This document shows, piece by piece, positions 20,140-29,539 of a DNA stretch of 64,000 nt. The notes under the pieces are model-generated. The model was not told the DNA's origin, made no database searches, and saw only the letters and a program-made list of their open reading frames with translations. This DNA is from Patescibacteria group bacterium (GTDB lineage Bacteria > Patescibacteriota > Microgenomatia > UBA10105 > UBA927): positions 5,615 to 69,614 of the forward strand of contig JBBTWM010000033.1 of NCBI GenBank assembly GCA_038062795.1. The letters run 5' to 3'. The stretch's first letter is position 1, and the number at the start of each line of letters is the position of its first letter. Both the position numbers and the translations under genes were made by a program.

Positions 20140-21771
20140 TTATTTTTTCCGGCGATTTGGCGATAATAACAGTATTCCGATTCCGATGAGTGAGAGTGCC
20201 GTAATTGCTTCCGCAACACGCCGTACAGGTGACTCTCCCCACATTACCCGTATGGAATGAGTGCCTGAGGGAACCCGAAATGTAATAAGCCCCCGCCAGT
20301 TTTGATCCTGAAATTGAATCGGTATTTTTTGTCCGTCGCTTGTCACCCTCCATCCCGGGAAATATTGTGTGCGGTCAACCACATTTACATCCGTTTCGGC
20401 GGTGACGGTAAAGGTGTGTGTGGTTCCTTTCTTTTGCCCGTCGGATATGGTTCCGCGGCCCTCTATGACTTCAAATTGACTGACGGGATACGCGCCGGCA
20501 GGACCTGCTGACCAGATAACGTCGGTTTCGCCGAAGTAGGTCGTGTTGAGTGGATAATCCCAGAAATATTTTTCGTCGATTGTATCCATTCCGAGCGGAG
20601 GACGGAAGAAAACGATCACAGAAAGAATTGCGGCGGCGGCGATGATACCGGTTGTAAGGATTGTTGTCTTTTTTTTGACGAGTACCGCGCCTCCAACAAA
20701 GGCCAATGCAAATACTACGACATTGAGAAGTCTCCAGGGAAACTGAAACATCCGCAGTATAGGAATACCTGCCCAAAGGAATTTGGATACCGGCTGCATG
20801 AGGAAAAGGGCCCCAAGGGTGAGGAATAAGCCGAACGCGACTGCTTTTTTCTCCCTCTCATCGCGGATATATGTTCGCGTGAGTAGCACAATTGCGGTGA
20901 TAAACGCTATGACCTGCACCAGACCGAACGAAACCGTGATGCCGCCGGTCTGCATAGCTTCGCTATTGGTCAGATTCGGAAGCAGGAAGTTGAAAAAAGG
21001 CGCAAAGTGTGACGCATACATCTCTTTCATAAACAGATCACCGTACGTGTATTTGCGTTCAATAAGCGCCGGCAGCCAATAAAACGCAGAAAGCATGAGT
21101 CCTAATCCTAAACCTGCCCAAGCCACGAATAGCTTGCGGTTATCCGGGGCAAATACAACGGAATAAAGGACTGCTACTGTGAAGAAGACAAGGCTGATAG
21201 CGTTATGAGAGGTGATAAGAAGGGTTACGGCAAATCCGGTAAGCAGGATATTGTATCGGGTATTTTTTTCTTCAAACCCCCGCTGCAATCCAAAGAGTAC
21301 AAGCGGGAGAAAGGCGAGTGCGTATCCTTCTGCGATATCTCCCCGGACGACAAGATCGACTAAATGAAACGGTGCAAACTGGTAGAGCACGGTAGTGATG
21401 AACGCTTTACCCTCGTGTTTGAAGAACCGTAATGCAAACATATACATAAAAATACCTGAAAGCAGGAAACTCACGAGCATAGAGATTTTGAAGGAAAAAA
21501 CTAAGCCGCCACCTAATGCGATGACCAGCGAAGTAACCAGATACGGCACATGATAGATAAAATTAAATAACGGCATGCCGTATCCGTAGTTGAGTTCTCC
21601 TGCCCAGCGGGGAAGGATCTGACCTTCGGACAGAGCCTTATAGTAGGCGGCCATGCGGGCGTAGTGAACCGGGCTATCATGCGTGTGCGGAGCCAATGGG
21701 GTAGCAAATATGCTCAAAAACGGCAGGGCTGAAATTGCAATGACGAGAATATAATGCTTAAATGATTTCAT
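20140..21771 (-). CDS. 'PTPS-related' membrane protein (YfhO-like GT-C)
   Basis: THDSPVHYAR, PRWAGELNYGYGMPLFNF, QFPWRLL, YFPGW; start moved to ATG 21771. Confidence 0.8.
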   Translation of the reverse strand: MKSFKHYILVIAISALPFLSIFATPLAPHTHDSPVHYARMAAYYKALSEGQILPRWAGELNYGYGMPLFNFIYHVPYLVTSLVIALGGGLVFSFKISMLVSFLLSGIFMYMFALRFFKHEGKAFITTVLYQFAPFHLVDLVVRGDIAEGYALAFLPLVLFGLQRGFEEKNTRYNILLTGFAVTLLITSHNAISLVFFTVAVLYSVVFAPDNRKLFVAWAGLGLGLMLSAFYWLPALIERKYTYGDLFMKEMYASHFAPFFNFLLPNLTNSEAMQTGGITVSFGLVQVIAFITAIVLLTRTYIRDEREKKAVAFGLFLTLGALFLMQPVSKFLWAGIPILRMFQFPWRLLNVVVFALAFVGGAVLVKKKTTILTTGIIAAAAILSVIVFFRPPLGMDTIDEKYFWDYPLNTTYFGETDVIWSAGPAGAYPVSQFEVIEGRGTISDGQKKGTTHTFTVTAETDVNVVDRTQYFPGWRVTSDGQKIPIQFQDQNWRGLITFRVPSGTHSIRVMWGESPVRRVAEAITALSLIGIGILLLSPNRRKK

Positions 21772-21819
21772 GAGTAAGGTGGGCCGTGAGCTTATTATAA
21801 CAAAGAATTCTAAAGTCAC
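21772..21819. promoter_or_regulatory. 48-bp divergent promoter region with overlapping -10-like boxes
   Basis: Only head-to-head junction in the window; TTATTATAAC at 21792-21801 gives TATAAT on the - strand (21794-21799) and TATTAT/TATAAC on the + strand. Confidence 0.55.
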
Positions 21820-23313
21820 ATGAAGACGGGAAAATCAATTGATTGGTGGTGGATCGGAATTATTTGTGTCGCCACATTTCTTCGCATATTCCGCATAGGG
21901 ACACTGACTGAGTTTCTTGGTGATCAGGGTAGAACGATGCTCACCATGCGCGATTTTTTGGAAGGCGGGATTGTACCTATTATCGGCCCGTCGACGTTAA
22001 GCGGACATAACGTTGGGCCGATGTTTTATTATCTTCTGGTGCCCGGCTATCCCGGCGGACCAATCGGTACATCGCTCTGGGTTGCTCTGCTTGGCGTGCT
22101 GGCAGTTGTGGTGATGTATGAAACGGCCCGGCTTATGTTTGGGCTGTGGCCGGCCAGACTTTCTGCACTTCTATGGGCCGTGTCTCCGCTCATCGTATTT
22201 GCCGACCGGGTAATATGGGAGCCGAATCTGGTCCCGCTTTTTGCAGCCCTGTATATCTACCTATTATATAGAGTGCATATGCATTGGTTCCGCTGGGCTT
22301 GGGTCTCTTTGGGGGCAGTGGTGGGTATCCTTGTACAACTTCACTACCCGAATGTGTTCTTTATCGGGCTTACCGGACTGTATCTTGTGGGCAGTATGGT
22401 TTTTCGGCTTCGCAATGTTACGTATACGTTGAAAGCAATCACCCTTTGGTCAGTAGGATTGATCCTGATGATGATGCCTTTTTTCATATATGAGTATGCC
22501 AATGGATTTAAAAATATTGCCGGGGTGACTTCAATAATCATTGGTAGTGGTGATATAACGCTCGGGAAGCGGGCCATGCTCGGACATGTCGTTGATTACG
22601 CATTCCGTGTATTCGGGCAGGTATTACCGTACATGAGGTTAACGATAGCCCCCTGGCTTATATCAGCATGGATGCTTTTCGTTATCGTTTTTCCGTCGAA
22701 AAAGAACTTATTTTTTTCATTATGGTTTTTTGGCGGACTTGTGTCTATGGGTAAATATACCGAAGTGGTATATGACCACTACCTCAACTTTTTAACCCCG
22801 GCGCCGTTTCTCCTTATCGGATCTGTGGTTTACTCAGTCAGAAATACATCATGGAAAAACGTCGTTTATGGTTTTGTCCTGCTTCTTTGCGTGTTGCAGC
22901 TTATGCAAACTGATGTGTTTGCGCGCGGGAGTAATGATATCGCACGGGTGAAAGCCGCAGTAACAGAAATCAAAACAATTGCAGGAGAATCGCCCTTCTC
23001 GTTTACGCTTATCAGCAGTCGATCGTATTCGGATTTGCACTACCGGTACTATATGGGTGTCATGAATGTGAATCCGGTATCTTTTGCTGATACAACGTAC
23101 CGGAAATTCATGCTCGTATGTGACCGAGCCGAATGCCCGTCGGTTTCTGAGATTACAACGCTCACGGACTTAGCGATATTGTGCTACGAACAGCATTGTA
23201 AGGAATTTTATCCGAAGCTTCCGATTCAAAAAGAATGGAAATACCAAAGCGATGTGCCGTTGCGCGCAAACGGGGGGCAATTAGGCAGGCTCTATATTTT
23301 TGACCGACGATAG
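21820..23313 (+). CDS. ArnT-like GT-C glycosyltransferase (DQG subtype)
   Basis: LRIFR..EFLGDQGR, GPMFYYL, WEPNLVP, QLHY; multiple TMs; paralog of 29536. Confidence 0.8.
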   Translation: MKTGKSIDWWWIGIICVATFLRIFRIGTLTEFLGDQGRTMLTMRDFLEGGIVPIIGPSTLSGHNVGPMFYYLLVPGYPGGPIGTSLWVALLGVLAVVVMYETARLMFGLWPARLSALLWAVSPLIVFADRVIWEPNLVPLFAALYIYLLYRVHMHWFRWAWVSLGAVVGILVQLHYPNVFFIGLTGLYLVGSMVFRLRNVTYTLKAITLWSVGLILMMMPFFIYEYANGFKNIAGVTSIIIGSGDITLGKRAMLGHVVDYAFRVFGQVLPYMRLTIAPWLISAWMLFVIVFPSKKNLFFSLWFFGGLVSMGKYTEVVYDHYLNFLTPAPFLLIGSVVYSVRNTSWKNVVYGFVLLLCVLQLMQTDVFARGSNDIARVKAAVTEIKTIAGESPFSFTLISSRSYSDLHYRYYMGVMNVNPVSFADTTYRKFMLVCDRAECPSVSEITTLTDLAILCYEQHCKEFYPKLPIQKEWKYQSDVPLRANGGQLGRLYIFDRR

Positions 23314-23354
23314 GAGCCGACGACACATGGTTAATACGGGAGGTATTTAGTACA

Positions 23355-24626
23355 ATGGATGCAATGTTGGCCACAGTTCTTGACTCAATTCTTCTTTTTG
23401 CTTTCGCGGTTCCCGTGGTCATGAAATACCGGATACTTCCCGTTGAGGGAACGCCGTATTGGCTTTTCGGTATTCTTTTTCTCATTCTGGGTACACATTG
23501 TTTCATGTCGTTTTATCCGGGGATATTAGGAGGGTACAAAAAACATCTCGAAAAGCTAAAAATGCTATGTGTCACTACGACCATTGCAATAACGTTGGGA
23601 GGAGCTGTGGTGACTGCGATGTTTGATCGGGCGAAAACCGCGCCTGTCTACGGAGTCCATGACATTATCCTGCAGCAGGAGGCGGCAATGCGGTATCTGC
23701 TCGTAGGAAAAAATCCGTACAAGGAAACGTATTTCGGGACCCCGGTCGAATCTTTTAATTATGATGAACCGGGCAATACCGAGGCCACGAATCCGGCACT
23801 GTATCATTTTGTCATGCCGCCGTGGTACGTGCTTTTTCCTTTTGCGTTTTACTATACGGCAATTCCGGTACTGGGATTTTTTGACGGGCGGATGGCGTCA
23901 TTGTTTGCCATGATTCTGTTGCTCGTAACACTTCGGTATTGGTACCGGGATCACGCAATTTCACGGATTGCGATGACACTCACGGCCCTTTCCCCGTCGG
24001 TAGTCGAGTATTTTGTCGAAGGCAGAAGTGATGTTTTCGCGCTTTCCTGGCTTATGGCGTCGCTCGTGCTGCTTAACCAAAAACGCTTTGTGGCAAGCGG
24101 AGCGATGTTGGCGTTGTCGTTTCTCAGTAAACAAACTATCTGGTTCATAGCACCGTTTTATTTGTTGTATCTTTGGAAACAAACAAGGTCTCACACTGCG
24201 GTATTTTGGCAGACGGTGACTATCATAGTCGCAGTTTCGCTTGTGATCGTGACGCCGTTTTTGCTCTGGGATCCCCGCGCGTTTATCGGGAGTGTGATCC
24301 TGTACCTTACCGGTAGCACGGCTACCAGTTACCCTGTTTCGGGGTACGGGTGGGGCATGGTGTTATTAAGTTTCGGCTGGATACGGGATATCCATGCCTA
24401 TTATCCGTTTATCTACTGGCAACTAGGCATCGCAGTGCCTCTTGGCATCGTACTTATGCGCGGGCTATGGGCCATCCCTTCACAATCCCGGATGATTATT
24501 TTTTACGCGGTATTTTTGGGCGTGTACTGGTATTTCAGCCGGTATTTTAACAATAGTCATTTAGGATTCCTTTCGATGCTTTTTGTGTTGGGCGGACTGA
24601 AAGCCGTTGACGAAACGCATACATGA
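23355..24626 (+). CDS. GT87-like GT-C membrane glycosyltransferase
   Basis: HDIILQQE..GKNPY, MPP, EGRSD, SKQ motifs; polytopic; GGAGGT SD upstream. Confidence 0.65.
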   Translation: MDAMLATVLDSILLFAFAVPVVMKYRILPVEGTPYWLFGILFLILGTHCFMSFYPGILGGYKKHLEKLKMLCVTTTIAITLGGAVVTAMFDRAKTAPVYGVHDIILQQEAAMRYLLVGKNPYKETYFGTPVESFNYDEPGNTEATNPALYHFVMPPWYVLFPFAFYYTAIPVLGFFDGRMASLFAMILLLVTLRYWYRDHAISRIAMTLTALSPSVVEYFVEGRSDVFALSWLMASLVLLNQKRFVASGAMLALSFLSKQTIWFIAPFYLLYLWKQTRSHTAVFWQTVTIIVAVSLVIVTPFLLWDPRAFIGSVILYLTGSTATSYPVSGYGWGMVLLSFGWIRDIHAYYPFIYWQLGIAVPLGIVLMRGLWAIPSQSRMIIFYAVFLGVYWYFSRYFNNSHLGFLSMLFVLGGLKAVDETHT

Positions 24627-26245
24627 AACGATTCACTTGGTATCATGGTATTCTTCTTGGCATTATCGCGGTAGCGGCATTCGTCCGCATGGTAAACCTT
24701 GGCACCAATCCGCCCGCAATTTCGTGGGATGAGGCGTCGATAGGGTATAACGCGTACACCATTTCTACAACCGGACGGGATGAGCACGGCACATTCCTTC
24801 CTCTTGATACGTTTGCCGCATTCGGCGATTACAAACCTCCCGTTCCGGTGTATCTGACCGTTCCGTTCGTAGCACTCCTAGGGCTTAACGAAACAACGGT
24901 ACGTCTGCCGTCAGCGCTTTCCGGTGTGCTTACTGTGTTGGTTCTGTATTTGTTGGTACTTGAGTTGTTCCGGACTGCGAAGCATGCACAGGCGTTGGGA
25001 CTTGTGGCGGCTGGTGTGCTTACGATAACACCTTGGCATATTATGCTCTCCCGTGCTGCATTTGAAGCAAATATTGCACTGTTGTTTCTTGTCACGGGCA
25101 TATGGTTTGTTCTCAAAGCCCGCGAGAGTCCTGTATTTTTTTATGTGTGTTGGTTGCCGTTTGTTTTGGGTATTTACACATTTAACAGCACGAGGTACGC
25201 GGGTCCGCTTATTGCCGGTGCATTGATGGTCATCGTGTATAAGAGTGCCATGGCAGCAAAAAAACAAGTATTGGCAGGTTTGGTAATCGCATGTATCGTC
25301 CTTGTCCCCATCCTCCCGCATTTGGTATCCAAGCAGGCACGGCTCCGGTTCGAAGAGGTAAGCATATTTACCGATTTGCGCACGGTACTTATGTCTAATA
25401 CACGCCGTCACATTGATAATTTTTCGTGGTTTTCTTCAGCCCTGCATAATCGGCGGGTCGGGTACGCACGGGAATATTTCATTCACTTTTTTGATAATCT
25501 GGAACCGAGGTTTCTTTTCATAAAAGGAGACGGTAACCCGAAGTTTTCCATTCAGGACACAGGACAACTCCTTTTGGTGAGCGCACCGTTTATTGTCTAT
25601 GGATGGCTTACGGTGTTTCGTGATTACCCGGTCATTGCTATGTTTCTCTTGTGGTGGCTACTCGCTTCGATAGCTCCTACAGCAGTTGCCCGGGAAACTC
25701 CCCATGCGTTGCGTATTGAAAACGGTCTACCGGTCTATATGATAGTGACCGCGTACGGAATAGTAATGAGTGTTGTTGCCTTACGCAAATCACGAATCCG
25801 GAGTGTTCTGTTTACTGTTTACTGTTTACTGTTCATCGGTAACTTCGCCTATTTTTGGCATAATTTTATGTCGCATTATCCCAAGGAGTACTCCGGGGAA
25901 TGGCAGTATGGGTATAAACAGGCAATTACGCTGGCCAAAGCGCACAAAAACGAATACGACACGATTGTGCTCACGGAAAGCATCGGGAGGCCGTATATTT
26001 ACGCATTGTTTTACGAACAGTATCCGCTGAAACGTTTTGAGGAAACCCGCGATGCATCCTTTGATGCGGCAGGATTTTATAATGTCTACGGTTTCGGCGC
26101 CTACCGGTTTACCAAGGAAGGGGTCGGCGCGTATACCGGAAAGACACTCTACATTCTGCCGCCCAAAGATGTGCCTTTAGGCGTCCATATAATTGAAACG
26201 ATCAGATTGCTAAACGGAACAGCCGTTCTTGTCGCGTTTGAATAA
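24623..26245 (+). CDS. ArnT/PMT-like GT-C glycosyltransferase
   Basis: PPAISWDEASIGYNAY..TGRDEHG..FGDYKPP, VRLPSA, PWHIMLSR, PHALR. Confidence 0.85.
   Translation: MKRFTWYHGILLGIIAVAAFVRMVNLGTNPPAISWDEASIGYNAYTISTTGRDEHGTFLPLDTFAAFGDYKPPVPVYLTVPFVALLGLNETTVRLPSALSGVLTVLVLYLLVLELFRTAKHAQALGLVAAGVLTITPWHIMLSRAAFEANIALLFLVTGIWFVLKARESPVFFYVCWLPFVLGIYTFNSTRYAGPLIAGALMVIVYKSAMAAKKQVLAGLVIACIVLVPILPHLVSKQARLRFEEVSIFTDLRTVLMSNTRRHIDNFSWFSSALHNRRVGYAREYFIHFFDNLEPRFLFIKGDGNPKFSIQDTGQLLLVSAPFIVYGWLTVFRDYPVIAMFLLWWLLASIAPTAVARETPHALRIENGLPVYMIVTAYGIVMSVVALRKSRIRSVLFTVYCLLFIGNFAYFWHNFMSHYPKEYSGEWQYGYKQAITLAKAHKNEYDTIVLTESIGRPYIYALFYEQYPLKRFEETRDASFDAAGFYNVYGFGAYRFTKEGVGAYTGKTLYILPPKDVPLGVHIIETIRLLNGTAVLVAFE
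25809..25829 (+). repeat. Heptamer tandem repeat (TGTTTAC)3 inside a GT-C gene
   Basis: tgttc-TGTTTAC-TGTTTAC-TGTTTAC-tgttc read directly; encodes part of LFTVYCLLF. Confidence 0.85.
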
Positions 26246-26246
26246 T

Positions 26247-27902
26247 ATGAAAAAAATTGCATTGATCGGAATTATAATGCTCGCAATAGGTCTTAGGTTT
26301 TGGCAACTTGGCGAGGTGCCGGTTTCGCCCGATTGGGACGAAGCGGCTCTTGGGTATAATGCATATTCAATACTTAAAACCGGGCGTGACGAATACGGCA
26401 CGTTTTTGCCCCGTGCACTGCGGTCGTTTGATGATTATAAGCCGCCGCTTTATGTATATTTAGCGGTACCGTCGGTTGCGGTGTTTGGTCTCAATACGTG
26501 GGCTGTTCGTTTGCCGGCGGCCGTAATGGGCGTATTTGCGGTGCTCGGAACGTATTTTTTGGTTGCTGAACTATTCAAGCAACCTCATATAAAGACGAAA
26601 AAACGAATCAGTGAATTTTCTACTCAGGCGTTATCTCTACTCACAGCCTTTTTGCTTGCTATCTCACCTTGGCATCTGCAGTTTTCGCGGATTGCATTTG
26701 AGGCAAATACGGGAGTGACATTCAATATCTGGGGGCTCGTCGCGTTTTTTCGCGGACTACAGTCCCTTCCCTGGATGGCGGCAAGCGCCTTTTTCTTCGG
26801 GCTCTCTCTCTATGCGTATCACAGTGAGCGGATTTTCGTGCCGCTTCTTTTGCTGATAGTGTCGGTTGTATGCCGCAAAGAATTGTTTGCTGATCGCAGG
26901 AAACTACTTATCGGTATCGTGGTTGGATTGCTTACTGTCCTGCCGTTATTACCCGTGGTGCTGGATAAGACATCGGTAACCAGGCTCAAAGGGACGAGTA
27001 CGCTTTCGGATGCTACCGGACTTTTAATGCGGTCCGTTGCTAAACTGGATGATGATCAAAAAGTAGGAAATGAAATCGGTACGATATTTGATAACCGCCG
27101 TATTGTGTATGCAAAGACTCTTTTGGACGGATATCTGAGCCACTTTTCATTGCGCTGGCTGTTCCTGGTGGGGGACAATGACCGGCATCACGCGCCCGAT
27201 AACGGACTGTTGTACTTTTGGGAATTACCCTTTATGGTATGGGGAATCTTTTCGGTATGGCGCCGCGGAGGAAGGGCGGCAATGGTATTACTGAGTTGGG
27301 TATTGGTGGCTCCGCTCGCTGCGTCTCCGACGAGTGAAACGCCTCATGCGATCAGGACACTCGTGATCCTTCCGGTCCTGCAGATATTTATCGCTTCCGG
27401 CGTTATGGAATTTCTTACGCATACGAAAAAATATTATGAGAAGCGGCGGACTGTTTTTGTATGGGTGCCGGCAGGGGTCCTAGTGACAGCGGTATTTCTG
27501 AATATCCTATTTTATTTCCACATGTATTATGTGCACTTAAATCACGAATACTCCAAGTTCTGGCAGTATGGATATGCGCAGGCAGTAGAATATGCCGAAT
27601 CTCATAAAGCGAAATATGAAAAAATTGTCGTTTCTACGGCTCTCGAACAGCCGCATATGTTTTTCCTTTTTTATACCAAATATGATCCGGTGAAATATTT
27701 GGCTAGCGGAGGAACTTCTTCAGGTGGATTTGCGGAAGTAAAAAACCGCTTTGACATGTACGAGTTCCGGCCGATATCAAACTGGGCGAAGGAATTGCAT
27801 GACGGAAGCATTCTATACATTGGATCTCCGAGAGAACTTCCCGGGGATGCATATACGATTACATATTTAAACGGTGACGATGCGATGCGTATTTCGGAAT
27901 AA
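26247..27902 (+). CDS. ArnT/PMT-like GT-C glycosyltransferase
   Basis: PDWDEAALGYNAYSILKTGRDEYG..FDDYKPP, SPWHLQFSR, PHAIR; start moved to ATG 26247. Confidence 0.85.
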   Translation: MKKIALIGIIMLAIGLRFWQLGEVPVSPDWDEAALGYNAYSILKTGRDEYGTFLPRALRSFDDYKPPLYVYLAVPSVAVFGLNTWAVRLPAAVMGVFAVLGTYFLVAELFKQPHIKTKKRISEFSTQALSLLTAFLLAISPWHLQFSRIAFEANTGVTFNIWGLVAFFRGLQSLPWMAASAFFFGLSLYAYHSERIFVPLLLLIVSVVCRKELFADRRKLLIGIVVGLLTVLPLLPVVLDKTSVTRLKGTSTLSDATGLLMRSVAKLDDDQKVGNEIGTIFDNRRIVYAKTLLDGYLSHFSLRWLFLVGDNDRHHAPDNGLLYFWELPFMVWGIFSVWRRGGRAAMVLLSWVLVAPLAASPTSETPHAIRTLVILPVLQIFIASGVMEFLTHTKKYYEKRRTVFVWVPAGVLVTAVFLNILFYFHMYYVHLNHEYSKFWQYGYAQAVEYAESHKAKYEKIVVSTALEQPHMFFLFYTKYDPVKYLASGGTSSGGFAEVKNRFDMYEFRPISNWAKELHDGSILYIGSPRELPGDAYTITYLNGDDAMRISE

Positions 27903-27910
27903 TATACAAC

Positions 27911-29539
27911 ATGAAACATTTGATCCTGGTGGGAATTCTGTTTGTTGCCGCTTTTTTCCGTTTCTATAATCTCTCCCAGGTGCCGCCGAGCCCGTCCCTT
28001 GACGAAGTTTCTATCGGCTACAATGCGTATTCAATTTTAACAACAGGTAAAGATGAATACGGGAGCGTACTCCCCATGCTGCTTCGTGCGTACGACGATT
28101 TCCGGCCGGCACTGTATGTATACCTCACGATACCGTTTGTATGGGTACTGGGACTCACTGTGGTCGCGGTGCGGTTACCTTCCGTTCTTTTATCGCTCAT
28201 TACCGTTTACGTAACATATTTAATCGGGCGGATGGTAGGGAAAAAATATCTGTCTTTTGAACGCCTTGGGGAAATCGCGGCCGTAATTCTAGCCGTATCG
28301 CCATGGCATATCTATATATCAAGACTGGGACATGAGGCAAATATCGGTTTAACGCTTACGACTCTCGGCATATTTTTTTTCCTGCGTGCAGTATTTTCCG
28401 GAAAGAAATCGTCATGGATACTTGCAGGTATTGCGTTTGGGTTGTCTTTGCATGGGTATCAGAGCGAGAAGGTGGTGATTCCGCTTCTCGTGCTGTTCGG
28501 GTCATATCTTTTTTGGAAAGAAATCAGGAAAGCAAAACGGCACGCGCTGATTGCAATAGTTGTGGGATTTGCAATCGCATTGCCGGCTATCGCGGCTACG
28601 GTTTCGCCGCAGGGAATGGTTCGCTTCCGCGCAACGAGCGCATTTTCTACCGATTCTCCCCGGGCGGTTTCCGCGGTCCAATCTTATATAGCATCAAAGG
28701 AGAAAGGGGATATAATCGGCCGGATCATATATAGCAAAGCGGTGACGAACGCCTCGATATTTATAGAGAACTATGCGTCTCATTTTTCTCCGGTTTGGCT
28801 TTTCTCCGGCAGCAATCGGGAGGCGCACAAAGTGCCTGGTATGGGGCTTTTATATCTATGGGAAGCACCATTTTTGCTCCTCGGCCTTTGGGCGCTAGGC
28901 AAGTCCCGGATACCCAAGCACCTTGCTGCTTTTCTTATCGCTGGTCTTCTTGTCGCGCCGATACCGGGAGCGATTACCACGCAGGCACCCCATGCTATGC
29001 GTGCTTATACGGAAATTCCGATAATGCAGCTTATAGAGGCGTTGGGTGCGTGGGTACTTATAAGTAAACTGAAAAAAAAGCAGTTGCAAATATTTGCCCT
29101 TATATTGGGCATGCTGATATCAGCCGGGGTAGTAAAATATTGGCAGGGATACTTTGTCCGATTTCCTGCGGAGCAGTCGGATAGTTTCCAATATGCGATC
29201 CGAGGAGCCGTGCAATACGGGTTAGATAACGCAAATCGTTATACGGCAATCCAATTTTCTAACCAGGGGAGCTTGTACCAGTCCTACATGTTTTTCCTCT
29301 ATTACAGCAAATTTGATCCGGCGGCCTATCATGCCCTTGGCGGAACCGGATCCGGCGGATTTGAAGAAGCGCATTATATTGGAAAGTATGCGTTCGGCAT
29401 CCTGCCACAGCAAGCCGAAAAAATTATTCCCGGAACGCTTTATTTCTATGATGCAAAAAACGTTCCGCAAGGCGCGCGCACATTGGAAACGTTTTCGAAT
29501 CTCGACGGAAAGCCGGCAATCACTGCCACAACATTATGA
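27911..29539 (+). CDS. ArnT/PMT-like GT-C glycosyltransferase
   Basis: PSLDEVSIGYNAYSILTTGKDEYG..YDDFRP, VRLPS, SPWHIYISR, PHAMR. Confidence 0.85.
   Translation: MKHLILVGILFVAAFFRFYNLSQVPPSPSLDEVSIGYNAYSILTTGKDEYGSVLPMLLRAYDDFRPALYVYLTIPFVWVLGLTVVAVRLPSVLLSLITVYVTYLIGRMVGKKYLSFERLGEIAAVILAVSPWHIYISRLGHEANIGLTLTTLGIFFFLRAVFSGKKSSWILAGIAFGLSLHGYQSEKVVIPLLVLFGSYLFWKEIRKAKRHALIAIVVGFAIALPAIAATVSPQGMVRFRATSAFSTDSPRAVSAVQSYIASKEKGDIIGRIIYSKAVTNASIFIENYASHFSPVWLFSGSNREAHKVPGMGLLYLWEAPFLLLGLWALGKSRIPKHLAAFLIAGLLVAPIPGAITTQAPHAMRAYTEIPIMQLIEALGAWVLISKLKKKQLQIFALILGMLISAGVVKYWQGYFVRFPAEQSDSFQYAIRGAVQYGLDNANRYTAIQFSNQGSLYQSYMFFLYYSKFDPAAYHALGGTGSGGFEEAHYIGKYAFGILPQQAEKIIPGTLYFYDAKNVPQGARTLETFSNLDGKPAITATTL

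Noticed and set aside
14601-21819. Invertible (shufflon-like) segment
   Set aside because: No inverted repeats found at the two junctions and no recombinase in the window
16120-28080. Similar DNA stretches near the 5' ends of ArnT/PMT paralogs (tacaatgc.tattcaatttta...aaagatgaatacggg) as a repeat or gene-conversion tract
   Set aside because: Short, interrupted largely at synonymous positions, and explained by the conserved YNAYSIL.TG.DEYG motif
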